Counted from the first letter of the stretch, positions 1-9,335 are shown. The stretch is 20,000 nt of DNA from an uncultured virus (IMG/VR IMGVR_UViG_3300022752_000051) (IMGVR_UViG_3300022752_000051), one strand, 5' to 3'. Numbers and translations are program-made. The notes: generated by a model not told the origin, from the sequence alone.

Positions 1-3000
1 TCTTATTTGCAAGAAACGAACTCTATCAGCTACTAAAATATCAATTACGTAGGTTGAACAAGCACATCTTGATGGTGTGACTGTTGGTGTGGTAGTATAT
101 GTTGGTGTTTGTGTTGTCGTTTGAGTATTGGTTATGGTATTGGTAGGTGTTTGTGTATTGGTTATGGTATTGGTAGGTGTTTGTGTATTTGTATTTGTTG
201 GTGATATTGTATTTGTTGGTGATATTGTATTTGTTGGTGATATTGTATTTGTTGGAGTTTCTGTAGTTGTAGGTGTTGAAGTATTCGTAGGTGTATTTGT
301 TGGAGTTTCTGATGGTGTGGATGTTGGTGTGGTTGTATTTCTAGGTGATCCAGTTGGTTCAGCAGTTCCTGTTTGAGTTGGTGTTGCGGTAAGTGTCGTT
401 GTTGTTGTAGGTGTAGGTGTTGTTGTTGTTGTAGGTGTAGGTGATGGAGTAGTTGGTGGAGTTTCGGTAGGTGTTTGAGTATTTGTTACTGAAGGACTTA
501 CAGAACTTGTAGGCGTGTTTGTTTGTGAAGGACTAATTGTGTTTGTTGGTGTTGGTGTTGATGTTTGAGTTGGTGAAACACTTGAAGATGGAGATTGAGT
601 AGGTGAGTTCGTTTGTGATATTGTATTTGTTGGTGTGACACTTTGAGTTTTTGTTGCCGAGGGTGTTGGATCTGTTACACAGGTTGGATAATCTTCTCTG
701 ATTGAAATACAATTTTGTGGACCACCGATAGGTGTGAAAGTTGCAGAACAAGCACAAATACTTATGGAGTATCCAATTGGAAAATATGGATTAGGTTGTG
801 TTGGGGTCAAGTTTACTAAATTATTATCACAATTTGTGTATCGGATGGAAGAAATATTACAATCAGAAACTAGTTCAATAAAATAAGTTTTACAAGCACA
901 CCTAGTAGTTGATGGTGTTGGGGTGAAAGTTGGACTTGTCGTTGGTGTTGGACTATTTGTTGGTGTAAATGTATTAGTTGGTGTGGCGCTTAATGTTGTT
1001 GTACTTGTTGGACTTTGTGTTTGTGAATTAGTGATAGTATTTGTCGGTGTTTGTGAATTAGTGATAGTATTTGTCGGTGTTTGTGTATTTGTCGGTGTTT
1101 GTGTGTTTGTTGAAGTATTTGTTGGTGTTGGGGTATTTGTTGGAGTTTCTGTAGTTGGAGGTGTTGAAGTATTCGTAGGTGTATTTGTTGGAGTTTCTGA
1201 TGGTGTGGATGTTGGTGTGGTTGTATTTCTAGGTGATCCAGTTGGTTCAGCGGTTTCTGTATTCGTTTGTGTTGGTGTATTTGTTGGTGTTTCTGTTGGT
1301 GTAAACGTATTTGATGGCGTATTTGTTGGAGTTTCTGTTGGAGTTAATGTTGATGTTACAGTAGAACTTATTGTATTCGTTGGAGTATTTGTAGAAGTTT
1401 TTGTTGTTGTATTTGTTGGTGTTGTTGTATTTGTTGGTGTTGGTGTAGGTTGACAGTAATTTCCACATTGTGAACCTGTGGTAATAGTTGGGGCAATTCC
1501 CGCCAGATCTGGATAGTTCTTCGAACAAATACTGATAGTTTGTCCATTACTTAAATTATTGATTCTCGGAATATTTGAACAATCAGTATAACCAATGGTA
1601 ATAGTACCTCTTGCGGTAATTGTATATTCAAAACAAGGTGGACACGTAACTGTTGGTGTCTGTGTAACTGTTGGTGTCTGTGTAACATCCGCTGTCTGTG
1701 GTGGAGTACCAGTATTACTTACAGTTTGTGTTGGAGAAACTGATGGTGTTGTAGTATTTGTTGGTGTTACTGATGGTGTTGTAGTACTTGTTGGAGTTTC
1801 TGTAGTTGGAGGCGTTGAAGTATTCGTAGGTGTATTTGTTGGAGTTTCTGATGGTGTGGATGTTGGTGTGGTTGTACTTCTAGGTGATCCAGTTGGTTCA
1901 GCGGTTTCTGTTTGAGTAGGTGTTGCTGTAAGCGTTTCAGTAGTAGTTGGTGTGAATGTATTTGTTGGGGTTTGAGTCGGACTAGTTGTTAAAGTCGGAG
2001 TATTTGTTGGGCAAGATGCTGGAACACATTCTTCGTTAGTAAGTATAATTGTGATTGGATAGGGTGAGATCCCATCTCCGTAACCAACGGGTACTGAACA
2101 TGAACAGAAACAAATCTGAAAATTTCTAGGAAAAACTCCACTTACCGTGTACTGATAACCATATATTTGTTGAGGTAGATTATTACAATCTGTATATTCT
2201 ATTATTGTAATATTGTTGTTTATAGCATCTGCATTTACTGTTACAGAATAAGTTTTACAAGAACATCTTGTTTGTGTAGGTGTAAATGTCGGAGATTGAC
2301 TTGGTGATAAAGATATTGATGGCGAAAGAGTTAGTGTGTTAGTTGGTGTCGGAGTTGGTGAACTTGTTCTTGTCGGTGTCAATGTTGGACATGGTACACA
2401 TCTATCACATATATTATCGAAAATATCTGTCGTTCTAAAGTCATAAGGTAAATTTATAAGATCACCTATCAACCAACATTGTCCATTGTACACAACACCT
2501 GTAGACGTTGTAATGTTCAAACCAGTTGGTATTGACACAACAATCGTTGTTCCAAAAATTACACAACAGTTTTGTGCAATGTAATTTGAAAAAACTAATG
2601 TTTCTGTTGGACTTACGGTTGGAGTTGTCGTATTAGATGGAGTTGTAGTTATTGTTGGTGTAGATGTTGGAAATGTTAGACATCCAGGACCAATTTCAGA
2701 AAAATAACCTCTGGGAGTTTCACAAGTCCCTTGGAAAGCTGGCACAGAACACGAACATATGTAATAACTCCAGTTTAATGGAAAAAATGTTAAGTTTAAT
2801 AAAGATTGTGCTTCAAGTACTATTAAAGTTCCAGAACAATCGGTATAACGAATTCTTGTCACACAATTTATTTTGGTAACTTCTATGTAATAAGTTTTAC
2901 AACTACAAGATGTTTTTGTTGGGGTTGGGGTCGGAGTATTCTGTGGGGCACCAGTATCGGATGGTGTGTTTGTTGGTGTTTCAGTTGGTGGTGGTGTTGG

Positions 3001-5463
3001 TAAATCTGTACCTGTTGGTGGTGGTGTTGGTGTTTCTGAATTTGTTGGTGTATTGGTAGGTGTTGGAGTATTTGTTTCAGGATTTGTTCTTGTTGGTGAT
3101 AAAGACAATGTAGGCGTTGTGGTAGGTGTTATTGTTGTAGTCGGCGTAGGTTGTGGACATGGTGAACCAATACTTTGACTACAAATGTTCGGTATTATTG
3201 AGGTGTATCGTATGTTGTAAGTCGTGAAATCTGTGGGTTCAATTATGTAATACCTGAAACCTTCAAAAACAACACCATCAACATTAAAATTGATGATAAT
3301 ACCGCTTGGAAGACTAATTACAATTGATTGAACAACATCTTCACAACAATTTTCAGCAATATAATTTATAAAAGTTGTTGTTGAGGTTGGTGTGTTCGGT
3401 GGTGTACTGTTTGGTGTTGCTGTTATAGTCGGTGTAACTGTGTTAGTTGGTGTAGGAGTTTTAAATTCCGTTGATGATGGTGATGGTGTTAGAGTTGATG
3501 TAGGAGTTACTGAAGGAGTTGGATTCAAACAGAAATAACCACAAATATTAAATCTTTGTATTATTCCTTGATTTCCTCCGACATTTTGTGGTTGTTGAGG
3601 ACTACATATCAATTCTACTGGATTAACTGATGACGACATCGAGAGTGTCGTCAAAATTCCATCACAATTTGTGTATACGTAAACTGACTGTGCACCAAAA
3701 CCAACCAAACTTATTTGCCATAAGTAACAAGGGATTGAAGTACCACCATCACATATTGGTTGAGTTGCATTTGGTGTTGGTGGAGGTGTTTGTGAATTTG
3801 TATTTGTCGGTGTGAAACTAGGTGTCTGACTTAATGATAAACTGATAGTTGGTGTTGTTGAAGATGTTGGTGTTGACCTTGGAGTTTCTGTCGGTATTGG
3901 TGTTTGAAAAGGTGTTAATGGAGGTGTTGATGTATTTGTCGGTGTCAAAGGGGGGGTTGCCGTTGGACTATTTGTGGGTAAAGGTGTGACACCTGAACTC
4001 CGTGACTGTGTAGGTGTTGGACTAAATGTTCTTGTTTGTGTTGGGGTTCTTGTGTTTGTACGTGTTGGTGTTTGGCTAGCGGTTATGGCGGGAGTACTTG
4101 TTTGAGTGGGTGTTGGGGTTTTAGTTGGAGTTTGAGTCGGTGGGATACAAAATAAACCACAAGTTCTGATAGGAGTTGCTGGGGTAAAACTACCAGTTCC
4201 TAAAAATGTCGGTATAATTCTCGAACAAACATAAGCAATCTCATTACTCGGGACATTTATAGAAACTTCAAGACCAGACGAACAATCTATTAAACTCCAC
4301 TGACCTGAACCTAAACCAGATTGACTAATTAAAAACTCAGTACAAGATTGAGAACCACCAATACAAGTTGCCAGAGGTGTGGAAGTTGGTGTTGGTGTGA
4401 TTGTTTGTGTACTCGTTCTAGTAACTGTTGGTGTTGTTGTTCTAGTTGGTGATGGTGTAAGAGTAGGACAAACTGAGGTATTACATATTGGAGAAACTTG
4501 AGATACCGTATAGTCTGATGGTGTAACTAAAGTACCAAGGAAACTTAATTGTGAACATGAACAAATACAATTTGAGTAATTTACTGGAAAAAATTGTGCT
4601 GGACTAGGCGATATAAACGATAATTGACCTTGACAATTTTGATATGTTATAAGTGTAATTCTGTTATTTGCAAAAATTCTAAAATTATAGGTTCTACAAT
4701 CACAAGTAATATTAGTGGGTGTTTGGCTCGGAGTTATTGGAGGTGTTGCTGTGTTTGAAGGTGTTATTGATGGTGATGGTGTTAATGTTGGTGTTGGTGG
4801 AATAGGTGGACATAAACTCAGATCACATGAACTATATTGTAAAATAGAATAATCGCTCGGTAAAAGATTTTGTGTTCCACCTATTATTGGTTGTGAACAA
4901 GAACAGAAACATTCAATTCTTCCTTGTGGAAAGTACGAAGGTGATGATATGAAACTAAACTGACCACTACAATTCGTATAACTAATTAAACTTACTTTGT
5001 TGTTTGATCTAATTGTAATTACATATGTGTTACAAGAACAAGAAGTTTTTGTTGGTGTAATACTTGGTGTAATATCTGGTGTTGTGGGTGGTGTTGACGT
5101 GTTTGTTGGTGTTGACGTGATTGTTGGAGTATTGGTAGGTGTTAAGGTTGGAGTTTCAGAAACTGGAAGTGTTGGCGGGTTTGAAGGTGTTATTGATGGT
5201 GATGGTGTTAAACTTATAGTTGGGGTGGGTGTGAGTAGAATTGGTAAACATAGATCTGAAATGATTTGGTAATTTGTTACATTGAACGCGGTTTGAAATG
5301 TACCTGATAAATAACTAAATTGAAATATTTCATTTGGTGCAAGGTTTCTATTTGTAACAGTCTCATTGTCACATCTATTATATGTTATTACAATAGTAAT
5401 ATTACTTATATTTTGTATTGTCATTTGACAACACCTACATGTTCCTAGTATACAATTACTCAT
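1..5463 (-). CDS. Giant (>1821 aa, 3'-truncated) modular protein of Cys-rich domains separated by Thr/Pro-rich mucin-like linkers; putative virion surface or fibre protein
   Basis: ATG at 5463-5461 (MSNCILGTCRCCQMTIQN...). I found no in-frame stop on reading down to base 1 (...PSRCACSTYVIDILVADRVRFLQIR). It is absent from the ORF track because its stop lies outside the window. The function is inference. Confidence 0.92.
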   Translation of the reverse strand, partial: MSNCILGTCRCCQMTIQNISNITIVITYNRCDNETVTNRNLAPNEIFQFSYLSGTFQTAFNVTNYQIISDLCLPILLTPTPTISLTPSPSITPSNPPTLPVSETPTLTPTNTPTITSTPTNTSTPPTTPDITPSITPTKTSCSCNTYVITIRSNNKVSLISYTNCSGQFSFISSPSYFPQGRIECFCSCSQPIIGGTQNLLPSDYSILQYSSCDLSLCPPIPPTPTLTPSPSITPSNTATPPITPSQTPTNITCDCRTYNFRIFANNRITLITYQNCQGQLSFISPSPAQFFPVNYSNCICSCSQLSFLGTLVTPSDYTVSQVSPICNTSVCPTLTPSPTRTTTPTVTRTSTQTITPTPTSTPLATCIGGSQSCTEFLISQSGLGSGQWSLIDCSSGLEVSINVPSNEIAYVCSRIIPTFLGTGSFTPATPIRTCGLFCIPPTQTPTKTPTPTQTSTPAITASQTPTRTNTRTPTQTRTFSPTPTQSRSSGVTPLPTNSPTATPPLTPTNTSTPPLTPFQTPIPTETPRSTPTSSTTPTISLSLSQTPSFTPTNTNSQTPPPTPNATQPICDGGTSIPCYLWQISLVGFGAQSVYVYTNCDGILTTLSMSSSVNPVELICSPQQPQNVGGNQGIIQRFNICGYFCLNPTPSVTPTSTLTPSPSSTEFKTPTPTNTVTPTITATPNSTPPNTPTSTTTFINYIAENCCEDVVQSIVISLPSGIIINFNVDGVVFEGFRYYIIEPTDFTTYNIRYTSIIPNICSQSIGSPCPQPTPTTTITPTTTPTLSLSPTRTNPETNTPTPTNTPTNSETPTPPPTGTDLPTPPPTETPTNTPSDTGAPQNTPTPTPTKTSCSCKTYYIEVTKINCVTRIRYTDCSGTLIVLEAQSLLNLTFFPLNWSYYICSCSVPAFQGTCETPRGYFSEIGPGCLTFPTSTPTITTTPSNTTTPTVSPTETLVFSNYIAQNCCVIFGTTIVVSIPTGLNITTSTGVVYNGQCWLIGDLINLPYDFRTTDIFDNICDRCVPCPTLTPTRTSSPTPTPTNTLTLSPSISLSPSQSPTFTPTQTRCSCKTYSVTVNADAINNNITIIEYTDCNNLPQQIYGYQYTVSGVFPRNFQICFCSCSVPVGYGDGISPYPITIILTNEECVPASCPTNTPTLTTSPTQTPTNTFTPTTTETLTATPTQTETAEPTGSPRSTTTPTSTPSETPTNTPTNTSTPPTTETPTSTTTPSVTPTNTTTPSVSPTQTVSNTGTPPQTADVTQTPTVTQTPTVTCPPCFEYTITARGTITIGYTDCSNIPRINNLSNGQTISICSKNYPDLAGIAPTITTGSQCGNYCQPTPTPTNTTTPTNTTTKTSTNTPTNTISSTVTSTLTPTETPTNTPSNTFTPTETPTNTPTQTNTETAEPTGSPRNTTTPTSTPSETPTNTPTNTSTPPTTETPTNTPTPTNTSTNTQTPTNTQTPTNTITNSQTPTNTITNSQTQSPTSTTTLSATPTNTFTPTNSPTPTTSPTFTPTPSTTRCACKTYFIELVSDCNISSIRYTNCDNNLVNLTPTQPNPYFPIGYSISICACSATFTPIGGPQNCISIREDYPTCVTDPTPSATKTQSVTPTNTISQTNSPTQSPSSSVSPTQTSTPTPTNTISPSQTNTPTSSVSPSVTNTQTPTETPPTTPSPTPTTTTTPTPTTTTTLTATPTQTGTAEPTGSPRNTTTPTSTPSETPTNTPTNTSTPTTTETPTNTISPTNTISPTNTISPTNTNTQTPTNTITNTQTPTNTITNTQTTTQTPTYTTTPTVTPSRCACSTYVIDILVADRVRFLQIR
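125..255. repeat. Short in-frame tandem repeats: 30 bp x2 (125-184) and 18 bp x3+ (190-255)
   Basis: GTATTGGTTATGGTATTGGTAGGTGTTTGT twice; TGTATTTGTTGGTGATAT three times plus a partial copy. Similar doublets occur near 1018-1080, 1646-1681 and 1739-1798. Confidence 0.9.
245..1902. repeat. Three dispersed ~119-bp near-identical direct repeats (245-363, 1133-1251, 1784-1902) inside the giant ORF
   Basis: Unit GTATTTGTTGGAGTTTCTGTAGTT...GGTGATCCAGTTGGTTCAGC with 1-4 mismatches between copies. Offsets of 888 and 651 are in frame. Encodes AEPTGSPRNTTTPTSTPSETPTNTPTNTSTPPTTETPTNT. Confidence 0.95.
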
Positions 5464-5528
5464 TATTGGGAATTGATTTTTATCCTAACATAATTATCAT
5501 ACAAACAAAATATTTCTCAATAACAAAA

Positions 5529-5535
5529 TATTTAT
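5529..5535 (+). promoter_or_regulatory. TATTTAT motif, candidate phage late promoter
   Basis: 13 nt upstream of ATG 5549. The same 7-mer lies 14-15 nt upstream of the minus-strand genes starting at 8970 and 19588. Confidence 0.45.
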
Positions 5536-5548
5536 ATTAAAAATTTTT

Positions 5549-6625
5549 ATGAATTTAGTACTCAATGAAACTCAATACGAACTACTCAAAAAAAATTTGT
5601 TGAATGAGGATGGTGTCATCTCCGAAGCTACTGGGTGGAATACCTTTTTTGATGTTGTCGGAATATTTGATCCTTCGGGGATCGTTGATTTTCTAAACGG
5701 TGTTTCATATTTGAAACAAGGTGATACAGTTTTTGGTCTACTTTCTATGATTTCTGTTTTACCGTTTATTGGTGATTTAGCGGCAAAACCTCTTTTACTT
5801 TTAGGTAAATCTGGTGCAGTAATCAGAAAAACTGAATTAGCTATGAAAATGGTTAAAGCTGGTGAAATGGGTAAGGCGACCAAAATAATACAAGACTTAT
5901 CCAAAACAAACAAACATTTGTCAAAATTGAAAAATACTGTAAGAACTTGGGGTCCTAAATTAATTGAGGGAATCGATAATTTACCTAAAGGTTATTTATT
6001 TCAGGGACTAAGAACAACAATCATTGATTGGATTAGATTATTTACAAATGCTAATCAAGGTTCTAGATCCGCCATTAGAATGGCACGTAGAGTATCAAAA
6101 TTACCACCAGGAGCACGTTTGAAACCATCTGAGGCTGAAAACATTCTTAAAAAAATGAACCAGTTAGCACAAAGTGACCAAAGATTATTTTCGGGTTTAG
6201 GTGGTAAACCTACAGGGGGTATGTTTTCTGATCCAAAAGGATATGCAAAATGGTCTATGGAATCTTTTAAAAAATATCCGTTTTCTGGAGGCGTTGGCCG
6301 AGTGTGGGGAAATAGACAAGTTAGGGGTCTGATGAGAAATACAAAGTGGTGGTTGGGTTTTTTGGATTATATTGGTGGGCCAAATTTTGTGGGACCAGAT
6401 GAGTTGGAAAAACAAATTGGTGATTATACATCTGAAATTAATGACTATTCTCAGACACCTGAATCTGAAAAACATTGGAATGAAGATTTTGCGCAAACTG
6501 GTTCTAAATCTACACCAGAGCAAACACAAAAAACACAAACTCAACCACAGAGTTCTAGAGATTTGTTGAGTGATTTACTCTTCGGTGGGATTCCAGGAAT
6601 AAAACCAGGAGTTCCCTTTATTTAA
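5549..6625 (+). CDS. Hypothetical protein with a pre-toxin TG (PT-TG)-like segment; possible virion internal protein
   Basis: 358 aa ORF. DVVGIFDPSGIVDFLNGVSYLKQGDTVFGLLSMISVLPFIGDLAAK resembles the PT-TG pattern (D..G..P.G...D..N...Y...GD...A.LS....P..GD). The N-terminus carries LNE, LNE and ISE motifs. Confidence 0.7.
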   Translation: MNLVLNETQYELLKKNLLNEDGVISEATGWNTFFDVVGIFDPSGIVDFLNGVSYLKQGDTVFGLLSMISVLPFIGDLAAKPLLLLGKSGAVIRKTELAMKMVKAGEMGKATKIIQDLSKTNKHLSKLKNTVRTWGPKLIEGIDNLPKGYLFQGLRTTIIDWIRLFTNANQGSRSAIRMARRVSKLPPGARLKPSEAENILKKMNQLAQSDQRLFSGLGGKPTGGMFSDPKGYAKWSMESFKKYPFSGGVGRVWGNRQVRGLMRNTKWWLGFLDYIGGPNFVGPDELEKQIGDYTSEINDYSQTPESEKHWNEDFAQTGSKSTPEQTQKTQTQPQSSRDLLSDLLFGGIPGIKPGVPFI

Positions 6626-6633
6626 AAAAAATT

Positions 6634-7002
6634 ATGAAAAACGAAGTTATACAAAATTTATTAATGGCACAAAACCAAATGAAAATATTTCATTGGCAAA
6701 CAGATTCTTATGCACAACATCAAGCGTTTGGTTCAATATATGACCAGTTGAGTGACTTAATTGATTCATTTGTTGAAGTCTGTATGGGAAAACACGGTAG
6801 ACCTCAATTTGAACAAGGATTGAATTTACCTTTGTTGGATTTGATGAGTGTGGATGTTATGGAATATATTGAGTCAGTAGTGGAATTCTTGATTTCATTG
6901 ACAAATGTATACGATCCAAGTTCCGATAGTGATCTATTAAATATAAGAGATGAAATGCTCGCAGAATTCAACAAACTCAAATATTTGCTTACTTTAAGCT
7001 AA
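6634..7002 (+). CDS. Ferritin/Dps-like four-helix protein (DUF5856-like)
   Basis: HWQT..YAQHQAFGSIYDQL..LID.FVE matches the Dps-type His/Asp/Glu pattern; C-terminal NIRDEML...NKLKYLLTL. Confidence 0.8.
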   Translation: MKNEVIQNLLMAQNQMKIFHWQTDSYAQHQAFGSIYDQLSDLIDSFVEVCMGKHGRPQFEQGLNLPLLDLMSVDVMEYIESVVEFLISLTNVYDPSSDSDLLNIRDEMLAEFNKLKYLLTLS

Positions 7003-8411
7003 TGAAAAAAATTATATTAGAAAGTGGTCTTCGGGATATTAAACAACTTGCTAGACGATATAAAAAGGCAAAAATTTATTATCACCAAGATTTAGACGGA
7101 GTTACTACTGCTTTAGGAATGAAAAAATACCTTGATGACAATGGTATCAAGGTAGTAGATTGTGAAATAATTCAGTACGGAGACAAAGAATTTTCAATAA
7201 AAAAACCTGATGCTAACGGAGATGTAATGCCCGTGTTAGTCGATTTTGCCCACGGAAAACCTATGTTTGTGATACACACAGACCACCATGATAGACAAGC
7301 TGGTGCTGAAGAAACAAAGTCGAAATACTTTGGACAATCCAGATCGAATGTGGCCACAATATCTCAGAAAGTGTCTCCTGTGGATATATTTCCAGACGAT
7401 GATATCAAATTGATATCAATGGTTGATTCAGCAGATTTTATGAGAAATGGTGTTACCACTGACGATGTTATCAATTACATTTTCAGATTAGATAAACAAA
7501 AAGAATTAAAAAGAAACAAAATATTATTAGGTTTGGTTTGTAACAAACTATTGTTAGCATTCAAAAACAAACCCGGATTTTTAGATGATCTAGTAATGAA
7601 TTGCCAACCTTCATTGCTTTCAATTTATAATCGGATCAAAAAGTTGATGATAAAACGTAATTATGTAAATCCTCAAATTTTACAAAACAATATGAAGGAC
7701 TACATTCAACAAATGCAGGACAGTCCGAATGTTAAGTTGGATGATTCAATTATTGTACAATACGGTGGAGGATCTATGATGAAACCTGGTTCGTATGATA
7801 GGTACACACCGTTTAAAAATCATCCAAATGCTGATTTTTTAGTGATCGCATGGCCAATGGGACTTGTTCAAGCAAGTTGTAATCCATTCAAAGAAGAGAG
7901 AGGTCTGAAAGGTGTAAACCTCGGAGAAATTGCACAAGAAGTAATCGGAAAATGGGAAAAACAATTAAAAGAAAGATTTGTTACTTTGTCAACCATAAAG
8001 TATGTCGCTGAAAAATCTGTCAACAATGAGTCCGTTGGATTTACATTCAAGGATTTTGCCGCACTTTTCGGTACAAAATATTCGGGTATCGTTTCTGACA
8101 ATCAGTTAGAAAACATTATACAAATTATGAAACGTCCATACTATAGTTTAAGTGAGGATGATTTTTTGAAATTGGATGATGTTAAGATAAGTTGTTGGGA
8201 TTTAATACAAGCTATGAGTGGTGGTCACAAATGTATAACAAACATTTCTGGTTTGAATTATTTGGGTAGAGCTAAAAGACCACCAGCGGGTGAGTATAGA
8301 TATGATCCTGAATCAGACGACACACCTTATGTGAAATTCACCAAAATGATACAAAACGAATTTGTGGAGAAACTAAAAGAAAAAATTAGAGAGAGTCAAA
8401 ATGGAAATTGA
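7002..8411 (+). CDS. DHH-family phosphoesterase
   Basis: Motifs HQDLDG, VDF, HTDHHD and VDSAD, plus C-terminal SGGHK typical of DHHA1. The start overlaps the upstream stop (TAATG). Confidence 0.85.
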   Translation: MKKIILESGLRDIKQLARRYKKAKIYYHQDLDGVTTALGMKKYLDDNGIKVVDCEIIQYGDKEFSIKKPDANGDVMPVLVDFAHGKPMFVIHTDHHDRQAGAEETKSKYFGQSRSNVATISQKVSPVDIFPDDDIKLISMVDSADFMRNGVTTDDVINYIFRLDKQKELKRNKILLGLVCNKLLLAFKNKPGFLDDLVMNCQPSLLSIYNRIKKLMIKRNYVNPQILQNNMKDYIQQMQDSPNVKLDDSIIVQYGGGSMMKPGSYDRYTPFKNHPNADFLVIAWPMGLVQASCNPFKEERGLKGVNLGEIAQEVIGKWEKQLKERFVTLSTIKYVAEKSVNNESVGFTFKDFAALFGTKYSGIVSDNQLENIIQIMKRPYYSLSEDDFLKLDDVKISCWDLIQAMSGGHKCITNISGLNYLGRAKRPPAGEYRYDPESDDTPYVKFTKMIQNEFVEKLKEKIRESQNGN

Positions 8412-8571
8412 AAAATTACTTGAAGATTTGAAAAACCTTCGAGAAAACAAGACAGAATTTTTCAAGTTGGTCTTTGGAAAACAAAACATTGAGGTTGAAA
8501 AAGTGATAGAAGAAATAGATTTTTTGCAAAAAGTAGTGAAAACTGATACTTTGTGCAAAAAATTACTTTAG
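8401..8571 (+). CDS. Small hypothetical helical protein (56 aa)
   Basis: MEIEKLLEDLKNLRENKTEFFKLVFGKQNIEVEKVIEEIDFLQKVVKTDTLCKKLL* overlaps the DHH gene end and fills the gap to the Nudix gene; it is shorter than any ORF in the track. Confidence 0.65.
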   Translation: MEIEKLLEDLKNLRENKTEFFKLVFGKQNIEVEKVIEEIDFLQKVVKTDTLCKKLL

Positions 8572-8970
8572 AAGTCTTGAAATTAATCGACGTAATCCCA
8601 ACGATACGTTGTCTGGAAGATTATCTTTCGAAAAATATCCACATTCAGTGTGTTCATCACCATCGATTGCATTTTGCAAATCAGGAAATAATTTCTTGTT
8701 TTGTCTTGATAGGAAAACATAGAATAATCCTTTTGATTTAAGACCAGTTCTGTTTTTTCTCAAAATAATTGCAACTTTTTTAATATCACCTTTTAACTCC
8801 AGATCTGTTTCCTCTAAAAATTCCCTTCTCACACCATCCTCTAAAATTTCGTTTGGCTCAATTTTCCCAGCAGGAATACTCCATTCACCCGGTCTATCAC
8901 CAGAACTGTTTCGTTTACACAGCAGACATTCGTCTTTTACGATTACTAATATTCCTCCGTATCTTTTCAT
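8563..8970 (-). CDS. Nudix hydrolase
   Basis: Nudix box WSIPAGKIEPNEILEDGVRREFLEETDL (GX5EX7REUXEE); also EH....YF. Confidence 0.93.
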   Translation of the reverse strand: MKRYGGILVIVKDECLLCKRNSSGDRPGEWSIPAGKIEPNEILEDGVRREFLEETDLELKGDIKKVAIILRKNRTGLKSKGLFYVFLSRQNKKLFPDLQNAIDGDEHTECGYFSKDNLPDNVSLGLRRLISRLLK

Positions 8971-8990
8971 TTTTCAAATATTTAATAAAT

Positions 8991-9335
8991 ATGATCATAA
9001 AAATAAATGATACAAACCTAGATTGTAAAGTGGTGTCTTCACCAGAAAAAACAATGGAGGGAATGATGAATAAAACTTTTGATGGGTTTGATGGGATGTT
9101 GTTCATTTTACCCAAGTTTGGTCTACAATCCTTTTGGATGAAAAATTGTATAATTCCTTTGGATATTCTTTTTATTGATGATAATCAAATTGAATCAATT
9201 TCTCACAACTGTCCTCCGTGTAGATCCGATGATTGTCCATCGTACAAAGGTTACGGTGGTATGGTACTAGAATTACCGGGAGGTTATTGTAAAAAGATAG
9301 GTATTTCAGTTGGAGATCAATTAGAATTCGTTTGA
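8991..9335 (+). CDS. DUF192 family protein
   Basis: GMM...GMLF...SFWMKNCIIPLDILFID...VLELPGG...GISVGD. The start is placed at ATG 8991 because the longer track ORF overlaps the Nudix gene. Confidence 0.9.
   Translation: MIIKINDTNLDCKVVSSPEKTMEGMMNKTFDGFDGMLFILPKFGLQSFWMKNCIIPLDILFIDDNQIESISHNCPPCRSDDCPSYKGYGGMVLELPGGYCKKIGISVGDQLEFV

Noticed and set aside
245..1902. CRISPR array or DGR template/variable repeat interpretation of the 119-bp repeats
   Set aside because: The repeats are too long, irregularly spaced and in-frame coding. The four core mismatches do fall at coding-strand adenines of copy 1, but that strand is A-rich, the flanking mismatches are not at A, and no reverse transcriptase is present in the window.
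128..5272. Plus-strand Val/Gly-rich ORFs and short minus-strand off-frame ORFs in the track
   Set aside because: They are antisense or off-frame shadows of the Thr/Pro codons of the giant minus-strand gene.
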